Notes: generated from the letters alone by a model not told the origin. 64,000 bases of DNA from Tubulanus polymorphus (GCF_964204645.1 NC_134031.1:6758001-6822000); one strand, 5' to 3'; shown: positions 14,987-29,640, numbered from the stretch's first letter. Program-made: numbers and translations.

Positions 14987-17761
14987 TCAGTCCCAAGAGA
15001 GAGATGAATAATTGCGAAATAGGAGAATAGTATCTTTTTCGGGCGTGACGTTAATTTCGGCCCAATCTTTCCATTCGATGTTAGGAGATGAACAGACGAT
15101 TCTGTCTCCTATCGTAAATGAATTTATACGCCACAATGCTACAACGTAATGCACTCTCGATCCTTGATAGGTAAAATACGGTTTCAATTCTACTTCGTTA
15201 CCGAATTTATAGTTGATTCTGATTTTAGGACGATGATCGAAAGGCCCCGTAAACAGACAGGCGATATTGATAGCGCCCCCTTTCTTGAAGTTCACATATT
15301 TTCTGCCGTCGTCGTTGCTTTTGACTTCGCCGTCCCAATAAAGTAGGGCGGCTCTTTCTGCACTGGCGTCGCGCTTGTCTTGTTTGTTGATGCGCGTCTC
15401 CGTGCATAGGTTACGATACAAACTTATCGATTTTCCTTTCGAGTTCGCGTAGGTTTGCGAATGCGCGAACGACAGACAGACGAAAAGCGGATTTCGACCG
15501 GTGAAAACTTGGTTGGTTAATCGCGCATTCATTTGGATCGATTTGCTAGCCGAATGTTTCGTCGAAATGCTCACGCTGTCGGAACACGACTTAACGCGGT
15601 TAGCGTACCAATCATAAACGTAGCACATTACCGACGCCTCTTTACCGAACATGAACTCGTTGGCCATGAAATTCAAGCCAGCTCTCGGGTCGAACGCCAT
15701 CGGCCTCGCTTTGGTCATTTCCGTATGCAAATTAGCATCCGGTTGTATCATCTTCAGTTCGACTTTGACATCGAGCGCAGTCATAGAACTCATATCCAGC
15801 GGGATGGGACTGGTGATGATTGGGGCGTTCACCGTATAGTTTCCCGGGTTCATACTACCCCAGGATATGTACAGTGTATGAAACCCCGGACAATAATCGT
15901 GCGGCACGGTTAGCGAAGCCGTATAACTGCTTTCTTCTTCGTCTAGAGTCACGGAAGTCGTGTTAATGCCCACAAAACACATTCCGTTTTCTCTGTATGA
16001 ATAACCGGTAATACCATTTTCTGAAATTCAGAAATGCTGGATAGCGATTGTTGTAGCTGTTTACGAGACTACAGTAGATTGAATTTCCCCCATCCTCCCC
16101 CGGCAGGGATTCGAACCAGATGGCGCGGTACGAAACCCTGCCACCGAGTGCGCAGCTACATGCGCGGCTTAGATGATGCCATTATTAGCCAATCAGAAAT
16201 ACCGTTTTATTTTAGCCCGGGTTTTCCCATTTATAGTTCTTCCGTGAAATGTGTCTCAGCGATTATACAACGAGCAATCTGATTGATGCCGCAAGTTTTC
16301 GCGCAGCAAAGCTGCGCATGTACCTGTGACAGGGTTCGTGTCGTGGCTGAGTGTAGGTATGCCATCAGGTTCGAATCCATGCGCTGCTGCCGAGGGAGGA
16401 TGAGTTTTCACCGAAAAACTCAGGACCGCTGCACGCGGTTTCACGGCATAAAATATGAAATTGAAATGATTCCTGACCAGTGACGTGTTTAACTTATACA
16501 TAGCAAAACCACAACCTTGATAAAGGTTCATTTTGAATTGCATTTTATGGATTAAAGACACTCTCGTTCCATGTATTTACCTGCAACATCGGTCTTACCT
16601 GTGAAATTCGGAGGATACACCGTACGTTGTGTTCGGTGAGTCCCATCAAATCTTGTGACGAATCCGAATATCGGTGTGTTGCATTTGAAACGTAGTTCTA
16701 GCTTTCCGGGTTCGCCAATTTCCTTATTCGCAACTTCTAGAATCACCATTTTGGGTGCGTCAGTGCATGACGACAACCGCCTTTCCTTCTAGAAATGAGT
16801 TAACGAAAACGGGCGCAGGGCCCAGTTGCACATGAGTCGTGACTAATTACGAAAGTGTTCTTAAATCTAAGCGACCGATCTTAACTTTGCTATATAACTA
16901 AGATGGACACGAATCTAACGAGAAAACTAACTTGAAAGTTTATTAACTAAGAGGGACACGAATCTAACGAGAAAATTAACTTGAAAGTTTATTGATGCCT
17001 TGAAAAATAACACGTGTATTGCTTTATATTGTCGACAAATAATATAAATCATAAAGGATCAATTGGTGTTTTTAATTTGAATATATCGATAATTGAATCG
17101 AATTGACCGGCAACCAGTCTAGCCCTATATATTGATGACGTAGTGCACATTCTCTCAGAAATAGTATTTCTAGCTCACTTTGCCGTTCGCCAAATATCTA
17201 AAGGCGCAGACACACGTTTGCACTACGTAAAGATCCTACAGCGCAGAATAATCAACAAATTGATAATTTTTCACGCAGCGCTAAGTACGCTCTGGTGTGC
17301 AGGGAAATTTGACCTTGACTCTCAACGAAGATGTAATAGGAACAGAAGAATTCAATTGATTAATTTGAGGAGTGTGACGGAAGGTCGCTTGCAATTGCTG
17401 AAGATATCTAATAGATATGGTCATAAGATGACTACACGCTTGCCTCAGCTCCCCTAACTGAGCGCATTTTCTAGTCCTGTGCGGTGTCTATTCTGCGCTA
17501 AATGCGTACGAACTTTGTGCAACGCAAAAGTACGTGTACGCAATATTTTGCTCGTTTGTCTTGACAGTGCAACTGGCCCGGATTTTGTCAAAAACCGACA
17601 CATATTTTGTTTAGCATGCGTAGGTATTCACCATGGATTCGAGAAATGAGAGGGGCTAACCGGCCGTAGGTACTTACCGCTAGTACGATGGCCAGAACCA
17701 GGACGAATATCACCAGACATCCCAACAACAATACAATCGAAATTAATTTCCGCCGATTCAT
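14987..17761 (-). CDS. Type II membrane (or signal-anchored) protein family, copy A, ~435 aa; exons 17761-17678, 16788-16599, 16020-14987
   Basis: Exon 1 MNRRKLISIVLLLGCLVIFVLVLAIVLA|GTAAGT; exon 2 PGKLELRFKC; intron phases 0 and 1 shared with copies B and C. Confidence 0.8.
16091..16402. mobile_element. MITE of the same family as 58933-59277, in opposite orientation, in intron 2 of copy A
   Basis: TIR CATCCTCCC.CGGCAGGGATTCGAACC; interior is the reverse complement of the 58.9-kb copy. Confidence 0.8.
16896..16993. repeat. Two-copy ~49-bp tandem duplication
   Basis: taactaag..ggacacgaatctaacgagaaaa.taacttgaaagtttat repeated twice. Confidence 0.75.
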
Positions 17762-18289
17762 CGTTTATCCAGAGACGGTGGTTAAATCAGAGAAAAAATC
17801 GAAGATATATCGGAATCATCATTTTGTAAATCCGATCCGTTAGGAAGCCTGGTGTCGTTAATGAATCAAGTATACAGCGAGGGACCACGATGTGGTACGT
17901 GCGTTGTGTCAGGAGTTATCCGAAAGATTTCATTGTTCAATAGAAATATTGATAAGACTGATTGAATTGACGCCAGTAGCACTTGTTCTTGGCATTTGTT
18001 CCATCCACTGAATATCGTAAACAAGATGTACAATATGCCGAATATAAAGGTCGTAAAGAAATTACTGCAACGTCTTTCGCTTGCATAAATAATTAAGAAG
18101 GAGTTTCCTGAGATATTTTAATGAGTAAGATTCTTTACGTGTGATGCTTGAAACAATGGTAACAAATCTGTCAATTTGTACACTCGACATGCATCGATCC
18201 TGGCACAGATTAGATAACTTTCTATCGAGTGACCTCGTGTTCATCGTTTTTCAGCAGTATCCCAACCAAATAATTTGGGTTATGGTAGC

Positions 18290-18880
18290 TTCATTCTTAC
18301 CACCAGTTTAACTCGTATCTTAACAATAATTCGAATACAGAGGCGTAATAAAACCGAAAGTATTTTCGAGCTTTAACTTGGATATCAAGATATCATTAAC
18401 TTCCCTTTCTACTTACTTCGTGATATTACGTTTACTGGGGCGTGGATTCTTCAAACCCTCCCCCGAGCATACATATTCAAACCAGGCTATTTATCGGGTG
18501 AACGAGGGAACCGTTACCCCTCCGTAACCCCTTCACCATACCGATTTCACAATCAAATCTGTTCCGCTCGCGGCAGGTGCGCGGTAGGTTTGTAAGGGAC
18601 ACCAACTCAAAAAATCAAACGATATCTACCAATCAAATAAATAACAGGGTCATCCCTATTTTAAAGTCAAGATCAGACCGCATCGTAAAATGTTGCGTTA
18701 TCATACGTACGAAGGTGTAAGTTTTCAATATGCTTTAGGATTCTTGGATACGAAATCAACCACGGTTGAGGACAGTCTGTTCACCTGATCGAGTACACTC
18801 GTGAAAGAGTGAGTGTAAGTCGTTGTTACGCATATAGAAAGGAACGAATTCTCAGAGTGACATGGTGTGGGGTAAGACTT
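18290..18880 (+). pseudogene. Relic of exon 3 of the membrane-protein family, interrupted by a short repeat (~18510-18670, also seen at ~61360-61465)
   Basis: gtttactggggcgt and cgtacgaaggtgt..ttt.a.ta.gctttaggattct.ggatacgaaatc match copies B and C, with indels. Confidence 0.7.
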
Positions 18881-19320
18881 TTATCAATATCTTAAAAACC
18901 GCGAATTTCAGAAGTATGCGAAGCCGGATGACTTCGTGAAAGAAAAGTTTCAAATTTATAAATTGCAACCTAATTGACTATAGCATGCAACGGGTTTCCG
19001 ATGGGCCACCAAACTAATCGTGAATATCTCCATTTTAGCAAAGGTTATACCACCGGCCTTGCTTTAACAATATTTCGAAATAAGGAATAGATACATATAT
19101 GTACAGTTGCGGCATAAAACCCTTTAGTTTCTTCGACCATATTAATTTACCAAGTACCAACTTCCCTTTCAACTTACCACTGTGTCATTATGCACCGCAT
19201 GATATGCTGCGTATTTAGATAATTGTATTAATTACTAAAATGTATTTCATTCCCTTCAGCTTCCCGTCTACCGAATGACGTGTTCTTGCGCCGAATTCGT
19301 ACGCAATTTGAATTTTGATA

Positions 19321-21659
19321 ATGGTTATCAGAAGAAATTTGGTGGCTGTAGTGTTATCAGTTGCGTTTTGTACGTTTGTCTTTGTTCTAGTGATGGCTAT
19401 AGTTTTGTCGGTAAGTAAGTTGTTCATTCGAAATATTGAATAATGCGATTCGGAAGATACTTAACTCGAGTTTCAACCAGGTTTCAACCAGTCAACTTTC
19501 TCCAGACTCCATCAGCTTGTCATTATACTCCAGCACCGCTGAGTACATTTCATGTTGACTTTTTTTTCAGAAACAATCAAACAAACTGTGCTCTCTTGAC
19601 ATGTCCAGTGAGATGGTTTTAGAAGTGACAAACAAACAAATTGGAGATCCTGCAAAACTAGAGCTACGCTTCAAATGCGAAACTGAAATATTTGGATACG
19701 TTACAAAGCAGCATATGGGTGGAAATGTGACTTCAATAATATCTTACCCGCCAAATCACGAAGGTATTAACAATGATTATATTACCTCGATTCACTTGAT
19801 CCATATAATAGTGAAAATACTTTTGAAAAATATGTAACTCTAATATTAAGGCTAAAAGTGATACCTTGTTTCTATTAATCGGCCGGTTAATCTTTTAAAC
19901 GGCCGGTTAATCTTTTAAACCGCAATGAAATTTCTAATCAGTTCATTGCTGCCGGGTCTGTTGTAGTTTACTTGATCGTGATTTTTAGTAAAAAGTGAGG
20001 TACAGGATATGCGTCCGGTCGGGTCAACTTTAAAGCTCAGCAGAAATGAGAAACGTATCAGTTTTTCAGCCTTTAATAATCGATACGATAGCGAGTAAAG
20101 AAGTTTCCAGTTTCTAGGCACCATTTTGTGGCGGTCCCTCGAGGTCCCCATTGTTGCGATAATTTGCGCTCATTTTTAAAACATAAGTTTAGATTGAATA
20201 TCATATAGTTCTGCAGTCCCTTGCTCGACGAAATTGATTTTTACACCATTTTAAAGGAAATGAAATGCAGATATTTGCTGGCGATTCTTGGAATTTTTGA
20301 ACGCAACAATTGAGAACAGTGACGATATGAAACCAAGGACCGCATATCTTAACTGCGCGTAAAAGAAATCGCAATATTTATAAATTTTAAAACATCTAAG
20401 TATCTCTTAAAGCTATAATTCCAATTTTTACAGAGGTTAAAGAGGGTTATTTGCAGTTTGAGCCTGCGTTGAATTTTTTTGAATATCTTTCCTCACTACT
20501 GATCTGTATCCGCTTGAGTTTGAGATTACGCGCAAAAGGGGTCTCCCACTGCGGACCGTCATTTCAATGATCATTCAATGTAGTATCAATTATTTAATGT
20601 CATTTTGTTTGCCAATATGTAGAAGTTCTACGTAATTTTACAGGTAATAACGGTGTATCGGGATATATGAACCGTCGGAATGGGCAATGCGTCGTTGGAC
20701 TAAAAACATCATCCGTAAAACCCGAGGATAAAACAAACACTATGGCATATGTAGTATCGTTAGAACCGTTTCGAAAATCTTGTCCCGGCTTTCATAACGT
20801 GGTCGTCAAAGTTCTGGGTAAATTAAAGCCCGGAAACTATACGATCACTGTCCCAAATCTCACCAGCGATATTCCGTTCGACATCAGCTCTCACGCATCA
20901 TTTAACGTCACTACTGAAATGGCTTCTGAAGCGGGTGGTAATTTGCATACGGAAACAGCCGACGACGTCTCGTCCTTTGACCCTAGAGCCAACTTCGCGA
21001 ATACCGAAAAGGAATACGCGATCGGTAGCGATGAAATATCGTGCAATCGCTATAACTGGTATACCCACCGCGTACGATCCTGTTTCGATAACCTGGACGT
21101 GTCTTCGGAGATGAAGAACCCCGACACGATAATAGTTAACTCACGAATCAATAATGATTTCAAGGGTATCTATCCGCTGATGATTTGTTTAACGTTCAAG
21201 AATCCGCAAAAATATAAAAATGTGGATACCGATGTAACTGCAAGTCGTACAACGTGTATGGAAACGAAGACGAATTTGGCTGGCAGATATGGGCGTCGGT
21301 CTAGTGTCGTTTACTGGGGCGTAGTGTCATTTACCCATCCCGGGACTCATATAAAATTCAAACCGGGCGATTTGATAAATATCGGATGTTTATACACGGG
21401 AACTGAGACCCACCCTCCAAAAGTCAGACTTCATCGTAAATATGGCGAGATAACTGAAATTCCGTTGTATCTATCGTACGAAGGTGTCAGTTTTCAGTAC
21501 GCTTTAGGATTCTGGGATACGAAATCGATAACGGTCGGGGACCGTCTCGTCTGCTCGAATGATGAAGTATACATAAAAGAGTGGGTCGAATTCGTTGTAA
21601 CACCTGAAAAAGAACAAATTCTCTTATTCGATGATTATAGACCGATGATGTGGGGTTAG
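19321..21659 (+). CDS. Type II membrane protein family, copy B, 432 aa; exons 19321-19410, 19571-19763, 20644-21659
   Basis: Basic N-terminus plus hydrophobic anchor; GT-AG introns; high similarity to copy C. Confidence 0.85.
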
Positions 21660-21756
21660 ACTTTCATCGATATCAATAATAAAAAATATGAATTGTGTAA
21701 AAACGGAAAATGTAAAAATATCTACGTGTACGTGAAGATGAGACTAATTCTTCGAG

Positions 21757-21990
21757 CGAGTGTGCATGAGTGGCTAGAGCGTTCGACTCTGGGAAGACAG
21801 GTCATAGGTTCGAGCCCAGTACACGACGGTAGTGTCCCGGGCAAGACACTCGACCTCATGGCCTCTCTTCACCCAGGAATAAATGGGTGCCTGATCTGAA
21901 AGATAAATACTGGACGCCTAGCAGCTGCTCGGATGTTACTTCTCCCCAGGGAGAGATGACTGATAAATGGTTAGCTAGAGTTATAGTCTG
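21757..21990 (+). mobile_element. tRNA-derived SINE with a CORE-like domain
   Basis: A-box-like GAGTGGCTAGAGCG, B-box GGTTCGAGCCC, then gtgtcc.gggcaagacact...cacccagg..taaatggg. Confidence 0.7.
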
Positions 21991-22586
21991 CGGGCAGTAA
22001 ATATTAATTCAATCGAAAACGCAGCGACATACGATTGCAAAATACAATCCATTTCGCTACTTATATCTCACATATGAACTATTGTTGCGTGTGCAAGAAA
22101 ATTTAACTGGTATCGAGTCCGACATATTAAATATAATGAGCCATCGATGTTAAGAAAACGGTTACAAACAGGACAAATGGCTTCGTATTTTTGTACTAAA
22201 TTCCATCGACTTTTTATCTCGAATTTTTATCTCATACATACGAATGTATCAACTGCAACCCATCAAACTCGCGCGAGCAGCTCCCGGTGGCACAATTTTG
22301 CGATACTCCGACAAAATGGGAAGGAAAAATACTGGGGTGAAATATAAACACGACCTTATTCACTACAATGAGCAGTTATTAAGTGTGCACTTCCCTTTAT
22401 GTTACATTATGAACTTGTCATATCGGTAATTAGAGGCCAAATTGTATTCAAGTTGATTGGGTAATTACTAGTATACGAATTTCCTCGCGCTTCAAGGCTA
22501 GTTCGACTTAAATTTTAGCATCGTTGTCTGTCCATAAATGACGGATGCTTTTGCGCACTATTGATCAGTCAATTTGAATTTCAAGA

Positions 22587-24474
22587 ATGATTAGTAGACG
22601 AAAATGCATGGTTTTAGTACTAGCGTTAGTGTCTTGTGCGCTTGTCTTGGTTCTGGTGGTGTCTTCAGTTTTGTCGGTAAGTAACGTACATATTCCCACT
22701 TTGAATATCTAAGAAACTGATAGATTTTTGGAAGTACAGGATCGAACATGATTAACATTAGGTTCGAACAGTTGTCCTTAATTCCACCAAGACCAAAACA
22801 TGATGAAATTTTTTGTATAAAAATTACATGATATAGCCATACGCCAACAAGGCAGAAAACCCGTTATCGCTGCATACAAAATAGCGATAATGTGTTTTCT
22901 GCCTAGTTGGCGTAAACACCTAGAATTAGTTGATTTACAAGGCAATTTACAGTTTTTTCGGTAAATAACGTACAATGTATTTTTTCACAGAAACAGTCAA
23001 GCAATCTCTGCTCTGCTGAGATGCCCAGCAAAATGTTTTTGGAAATAGCGAACAGACAAGTTGGGCAACCTGGAAAACTCGAACTACGCTTTAAGTGCGA
23101 TACAAACATATTCGGATTTTTGTCCAAGCAGTATGTGGAAGGAAATTCGACTTCGATTAGATCGTACCCACCGAATCACGAAGGTACAGGATACAACACT
23201 TAATAATATTCACCGAGCTCAATTCAACTGTATTGTTTTTGAGGCGGTGAAAGGTTCAACTGAAAAATTAATTTAATCGTATAAAACTTAATCTAAAAAT
23301 TATGCATTAGAATGAACCTAACATCGCCGTCGTGTTTTTCCGCTATATGACAAAAAAACAGTATGCTCGTCGTCTGTTCCATTAGTAAATCAATTAGGAA
23401 TAGTCTAATTTATATTCTAAATAGTTGAAAATCTTCATCAAGATTAACACTTTTACAGATGAAAACGGTGTATCGGGTTATATGGACCGTCGAAATGGAC
23501 AATGCGTCGTCGGGCTCAAAACACGATCTGTGAAGCCCGAAGATAGAAAAGCGGCAATGACATATGTTGTATCTATTGAACCGTACAAGAAATCTTGTTC
23601 CGGGATTCACTACGTGATCATTTATATTACGGGTAAATTAAAACCCGGAAACTATACGATCACTGTCCCAAATCTCATCAGCGATATTCCATTCGACATC
23701 AGCTCTCGCGCATCATTTAACGTCACTGCTGAAATGGCTTTTGAACCGGGTGATGATTTGCATACGGAAACAGCCGAAGGCGTTTCGTCCATTGATCCGA
23801 GTGACACTTTCGCGAGTACCGAAAAGGAATACGCGATCGGTAGCGATGAAATATCGTGTAACCGATATAACTGGTATACCCACCGTATAGGATCCTGTTT
23901 TGATAATTTGGTCGTGTCATCGAAGTTAAAGAAACCCGGTACGATAATAGTTAACTCACGAATCAATAATAATTTCACGGGTCCCGATCCGCTGATGATT
24001 TGTTTAACATTTAGAAATCCACAAAACAAAATAGCCGTCCCCGTTGGTATATTTGCAAGTCGTATAGCCTGTATGGAAACAAAAACTAATTTGCCTCACG
24101 GACATACGCCCAAGTCCAACGTCCTATACTGGGGCGAAGTATCATATACCAATCCCGGGCCACATATCAAATTTAAACCGGGCGATTTGATCAATATCGG
24201 ATGTGTATACACTGGAACAGAGACCCATCCTCCAAAAGTTGGACTGCAGCGCAAAAATGGCGCGTTAACCGAAATACCGTTGTATTTATCGTACGAAGGT
24301 GTCGGTTTTCAGTACGCTTTAGGATTCTGGGATACGAAATCGATCACGCTCGGGGACCGTCTCGTCTGCTCGAATGATCAAACGCATATGAACGCGTCGG
24401 CGGAAGTCGTGATTACAAGGCAAAATGAATATATTCTTCTAATCGATGATTACAGGCCGATGGTGCCGGGTTAG
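22587..24474 (+). CDS. Type II membrane protein family, copy C, 432 aa; exons 22587-22676, 22991-23183, 23459-24474
   Basis: Same exon lengths (90/193/1016 nt) and phases as copy B; conserved Cys pattern. Confidence 0.85.
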
Positions 24475-25919
24475 ATTGTCTCAACTTCCGAAAAACTATT
24501 TATTTCAAGTGTTTCCGTTATTGTCAATATTTGCAGTAAATTCCACAGCTAAATGCCATAGCTTACTTGTTGAAAGTGGTGGATGGACTAGGCCACTAAC
24601 CCTACATAAAGACCGTCGCTGTACTCCGTGTCAGACTAACTCCAAATTGGGGATGAATCTCGCATGCTCTACTGTGCTGTACGCGATTAAATCTTTCTGC
24701 TCCCCACATAGAATATTTCAGAAAATTCTAGTACTAACTAGTCCACAAAAGATCAGGGAAATATGTCATTAGGATGTTTAGCTAAAGGAAGTGTTTTTTT
24801 TTTGTTGAGTAACGACGAACTTAATATTTATGTATTTTAGCCGTATGCCAGATTACGTATTAACATTACTCTTAACGTTATGAAAGTAGTTTGTGATTTT
24901 TTCAATGAATAAAAATCAAATATCGCGATATTCTAGACGATTATATGCATTGAGTCGCAAAATTAAGCAATCCAGGAATATTGAGAATTGCGATTGATTC
25001 TTTGGTAACGTACATCAAAAAGCGAAGTATTTACAAACTTACCAAAATATACATTGTGTAAAAAAGGTTAAATATCTAACATTCATACGATTAAAAATAA
25101 GACTGATTCTTTGGTGACATAAAAAACAAACCTTTTCGCAAGTTATATGTCGCATATGAACTTTTTTCATGGGAACAAGACTCAGTGCGAGAGAAATTGC
25201 AAATTTACGGTTACCAACTGGTATCGAGCCGGGCACGTTGAATATCATGAGCCACCGAGGTATAGAAACAGTTACCATCAGGCTTCGTGTTTTCTTTTTT
25301 ACTAAATTCCATCGCCTTTTATCTCCAATTTTACCTTAAAAACGTGAATGTATCAATTGCACCCGGTGGCACACGTTTACAATATTTCGACAAATAGAAA
25401 GCTAAAATACTGGGGCAAAATATAACCCAAAAATTGTATATTCGACCTTTCACTACAATGAGAAGTTATCAATCTGTCTATTGCATTATGAAATGAACTT
25501 CCATTCTTATTACATACCGGATTCATATCGGTAATTAGAGGCTAAATTATATTCTACCAGATTGAATAATTACAAATGCATTTACCGGTATATGAAGTAC
25601 CTCGCGTTTTGGGTTATTCGACCTTTATTTCAACATGGTCCTCTACCAATTAATGACGGATGATTATGCGCAATATTGATCAGTCAATTTATAATATAAT
25701 AATAATATAATAAGTTTATTTCTTCACTAAAGAGATACAATACAGAAATACAGTCATCACTATTACATAAAAGAAAAGTTACAGAAAGTACTTCTACACT
25801 GTAAAGCGTAGTAAAGAAAAAGGACAAAAAGGGACCCCAAAGGGGGGTTTTTTAATGAAAAAAGCCTAATGCCCTGGCGGAATGGATGGACATGATGTTA
25901 AACACAAGTATGATAAGTA

Positions 25920-28800
25920 TTAATACAATCCTATTATATGTCTTTTCAAATTCCGCTTGAATATATCGATGTTGGATGCTTGCTGAAGTTCAGTTGGAAG
26001 AGAATTCCAGACTCTAATACAATTAATGTTAGGAGAAAACATCCTGATATTGGTTCTGTAATAAGGTAAACGAAATTGATTAGAGTTACGGGTGTTGTGG
26101 GAATGAAGATCAGAAATACGAATTAAACTATTGGACAATTTGACAGGCAGCAACACATGGACAGATTTATACATCAGTACAGAATTTTGGAACACATTGA
26201 TGTCTTGAAGTTTGAGTTGATACGACTTTTTGAACAGTGGAGTAGTGTGTTCTAGAAAATTTACCCCACTAGCAATGCGAATAGCGCGTTTTTGAAGCAA
26301 AATAAGGGGTCGTAACCTAGTTACATAATTAGATGCCCAGACGATATTACAGTACTGTAGATACGGAAGGATGAAACCGTTGAATAACTTGATGAGCGCG
26401 GATCTAGGAAAAATACGTCGTGCTTTTCTTAATACACCAATATTTCTGCTAACAATAGAGCACAGCTTGTTTATGTGGGAGTTCCATGTTAGGCTGTCGT
26501 CAATTATTACACCAAGGAATTTTGTTTCTCTGTTTCTAGTTATTGAAACATTACCCATTACAAGGTCGATATCATCAAGAATATTGATTTTTTTATGGAA
26601 AAGCATATAATTCGTTTTCAACAGATTAGCAGATAGCCTATTGGAGTTTAGCCAGTTAAACAGTTTAGTGAGCTCAACATTAGTATTTGATTGCAGTATA
26701 TTCAGATCGGAATGAGAGTTAATGGCAGTCGTATCGTCAGCAAATAGTAAAAAGTTTAAATTACAAGAATAAACGATGTCATTAACAAACAAAATGAATA
26801 GCAAGGGCCCTAAGATGGAACCCTGAGGTACCCCTATAGGAATGGGACTGACATCAGATAAATAGTTCTTGAACGACACTTGCTGTAAGCGGTTAGTGAG
26901 GTAGGATTTGAACCATGAATGAGCAACCCCTCGAATTCCGTAACTATACAACTTGTCTAATAATATAGAATGATCAATAGTGTCAAATGCTTTTTTTAAA
27001 TCAAGCATGATACTAACAGTAAATTTTCCATTATCTAGATTCTCAGTGATGTAATTAGTAAATGCGATTAAAGCATGTGACGTGGAGAGACCTTTTCGAA
27101 AACCGAATTGGTTACATCAATAAAAGAAGATAACCTGTTGCTAACAGCTTTTTCAAAAAGTTTTGAAAATGCTGGTAAAAGTGAAATGGGGCGGTAATTA
27201 GACACATTATTTATAACACCGGATTTATAAACAGGGACTACCCTAGCCATTTTGATACCCGATGGGACAATACCAGTAACAAATGAATTGTTAATTACAT
27301 GCATTAACGGTTTGCAAATATGCTCGATAGACTGTTTAAAAATAAACATAGGGATTTCATCCCATCCAGATGAAGTTTTGCCTATAAACTGTGAAACAAT
27401 GTCATGAATTTCTATTTCAGTAACCGGAAACATAAAGAAATTATCAGATATGTTAGTTACATGTGATTCCCTATTGGGTTCTGGTTGCGGTATATCGCTA
27501 GCAATAGAGGAGCCTATAGTACTAAAATAATCATTAAATAGATTAGCAATAGCTTTACAATTATTTATAACAGTACCAGAGGAGTCTAATAAGGCAGATG
27601 GTAATTTTGGAGGGCCCTTCAAGGCTAAGGTCTTTTTAATGACGTTCCATGTATCCTTTACCTTGGATTTAGAAAAATCAATGCAAGAAGCGTAATACGA
27701 ACGCTCTGCGAATCTGAGTAAGTGTTTAAGCTTATTATTATATATAGTATACTCAGATTTATCGTCAGAGTTACGAGATTTCAAATACTTTTTATAGAGG
27801 GAATTCTTACGTTTAATCGATATAAGAAGCCCTGGAGTTAGCCACTTATGGTTATTTTCCTTATTTCGAGCCGAGGGTTGTTCACACAATTTGAGGGGAA
27901 AGAAATGATCGAATAATTCTTTGTACATAGATAAAAACACGGTATATGAAGACTCAGGATTAGGGTCACCAAGCACTGGATCCCAGTCAGTTTTTGAAAG
28001 CGCATCACAAAATAATAAAATAGATTTTTTAGGATAATGGCGCCTGAAAAAAGAGTCTCTAGTGGGTTGACAGGTAGTAATATCAGAAAATACGAAAACA
28101 GGCAAATGATCTGAAATGTCAAAGGTGAGTAAACCCGGTACATGTTTACTCAATGGTATGTCATTTGTGAAAATATTATCTATGACTGACTGAGAGTTTT
28201 TAGTTATTCGAGTGGGTTTATCATTTAGCGGTAGAAATGATAAGGAGCACATAGAATCAAAGAAATGTTGTACTCGGGAGTCTTCGTTATAGTCAAGGAG
28301 GTTTATATTGAAGTCACCCAGTATATAAAATTTACGATTACTAATCAAAGGCCAGGATTCAAGTTTATCAATAAATGATTGGTTAAAAGAGTTGATATCA
28401 GGACCCGTCCTGTATACAACGCCTACAACTACATTCTTAATTTCAATGAATAAAGATTCATATACATTATTACAAACACATAAATCTGTAAGGATTTTAT
28501 ATTGAATGTTATTCTTTATATACAAACAGACACCACCACCATTGCTAAATGATCGGCTTTGAAATTCACAGTTATATCCGTCAAGGTGATATAGCGCATT
28601 ATTGTTGTCATTTAACTTAGTCCACGTTTCAGTCACTGCTATAATATCGAATACATGACTTATAGATTTTAAGTTACTTTTTAATTGACTAAAGTTTTTA
28701 TTAAGACTGCGAGAGTTAATATGAATTAAACTAAACTTTCGATTAATAGGGAGGAACTTTTCGTTGAAGTCAGCAGAGCAAAAGTACTGACTAGAAGAAC
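25920..28800 (-). pseudogene. LINE ORF2 (AP endonuclease + reverse transcriptase) with a frameshift near 27115
   Basis: VTETW, GDFN, IDNIF, SDHLP (APE); NYRPISLL, then NQFGFRKG in a shifted frame, LDLKKAFD, GVPQGSILGP, FADDT (RT). Confidence 0.9.
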
Positions 28801-28845
28801 AAGAAAATTCGGTATCTTCAGAAGTATCAAGTGCTATTTTTTTTT

Positions 28846-29640
28846 TTATTTAATACTGGCTTTTTTTACAGACTGGCTTACGCTGGGCGAGGGCGTAGAC
28901 CTGTCACTACGATTTCGTTTTTTGCCTGATTTCGCAGGAGTCACAAACGTGTCACCATCATCCTCTCTGGTGATTGATGATAAAAAGTTATCAAGAAGGG
29001 CGTTTTTTCCGCTACGACAAATATGGATACCCGAACTATCCGACATCGCGTAATACTGCTCGAGTACGGTGCCCTGTGGCTTGAAGACGCGGTTATTATC
29101 AATGAATGGTATTCCTTGTTGTTCGCATAGTCGCATAGTGTACGAATTTACAGAGTTAATTACTTCGTTAATTTCATTTGATTTACTGCTATTTCCTCTC
29201 TTTGGGAGTATCGACGACACATGAATTTTAGCGTTTCGGAAGCGTTCCATTGTTTTAGCGATCGAGGTTGAGGTATTGACCTTCACCGAGTCGGGATCCT
29301 TTTTGTGCCTGTTTACATCGCACGTACCCAAATGGATAATTACGGTATCGATCTTGTCAGGGTCTAGGACTGGTTCGCATAGCGATATCAGGTGTTTCTC
29401 AAAGTTTTCAAAACCTCCACCAGGTGCACAGACGACATGGAAATCCTCACCAAACTGGATGTCTCTGATATTGGAGTCTCCGATTACTATTTTAGTTTTT
29501 TCTACATTTTCTATAGCAGGTTGCCTTTCAGTTTCAGTCATGTTGTCAGGTAACAAAATATTCGGATTTTCCGGGGGATTATGATCTGAACTATCGATCA
29601 GCACGGGGCAGTCGCGCTTGATGTGCTCGACTGAACCGCA
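28846..29640 (-). CDS. LINE ORF1 C-terminal part: half zinc knuckle (CGSVEHIKRDC) plus SGNH/GDSL esterase domain
   Basis: IGDSN, APGG, HLGTCD and SGIH blocks; the knuckle is read in frame upstream of the annotated ORF start. Confidence 0.8.
   Translation of the reverse strand, partial: CGSVEHIKRDCPVLIDSSDHNPPENPNILLPDNMTETERQPAIENVEKTKIVIGDSNIRDIQFGEDFHVVCAPGGGFENFEKHLISLCEPVLDPDKIDTVIIHLGTCDVNRHKKDPDSVKVNTSTSIAKTMERFRNAKIHVSSILPKRGNSSKSNEINEVINSVNSYTMRLCEQQGIPFIDNNRVFKPQGTVLEQYYAMSDSSGIHICRSGKNALLDNFLSSITREDDGDTFVTPAKSGKKRNRSDRSTPSPSVSQSVKKASIK

Larger units (their letters stand above)
25691..29640 (-). mobile_element. 5'-truncated CR1/L2-clade non-LTR retrotransposon
   Basis: ORF1 remnant, APE-RT ORF2 and (TAT/TTA)n-like 3' tail at ~25691-25713; interrupts a paralogous host segment. 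Confidence 0.92.

Noticed and set aside
21757-21830. tRNA gene
   Set aside because: A and B boxes are present but no clean cloverleaf; it continues into a SINE core.
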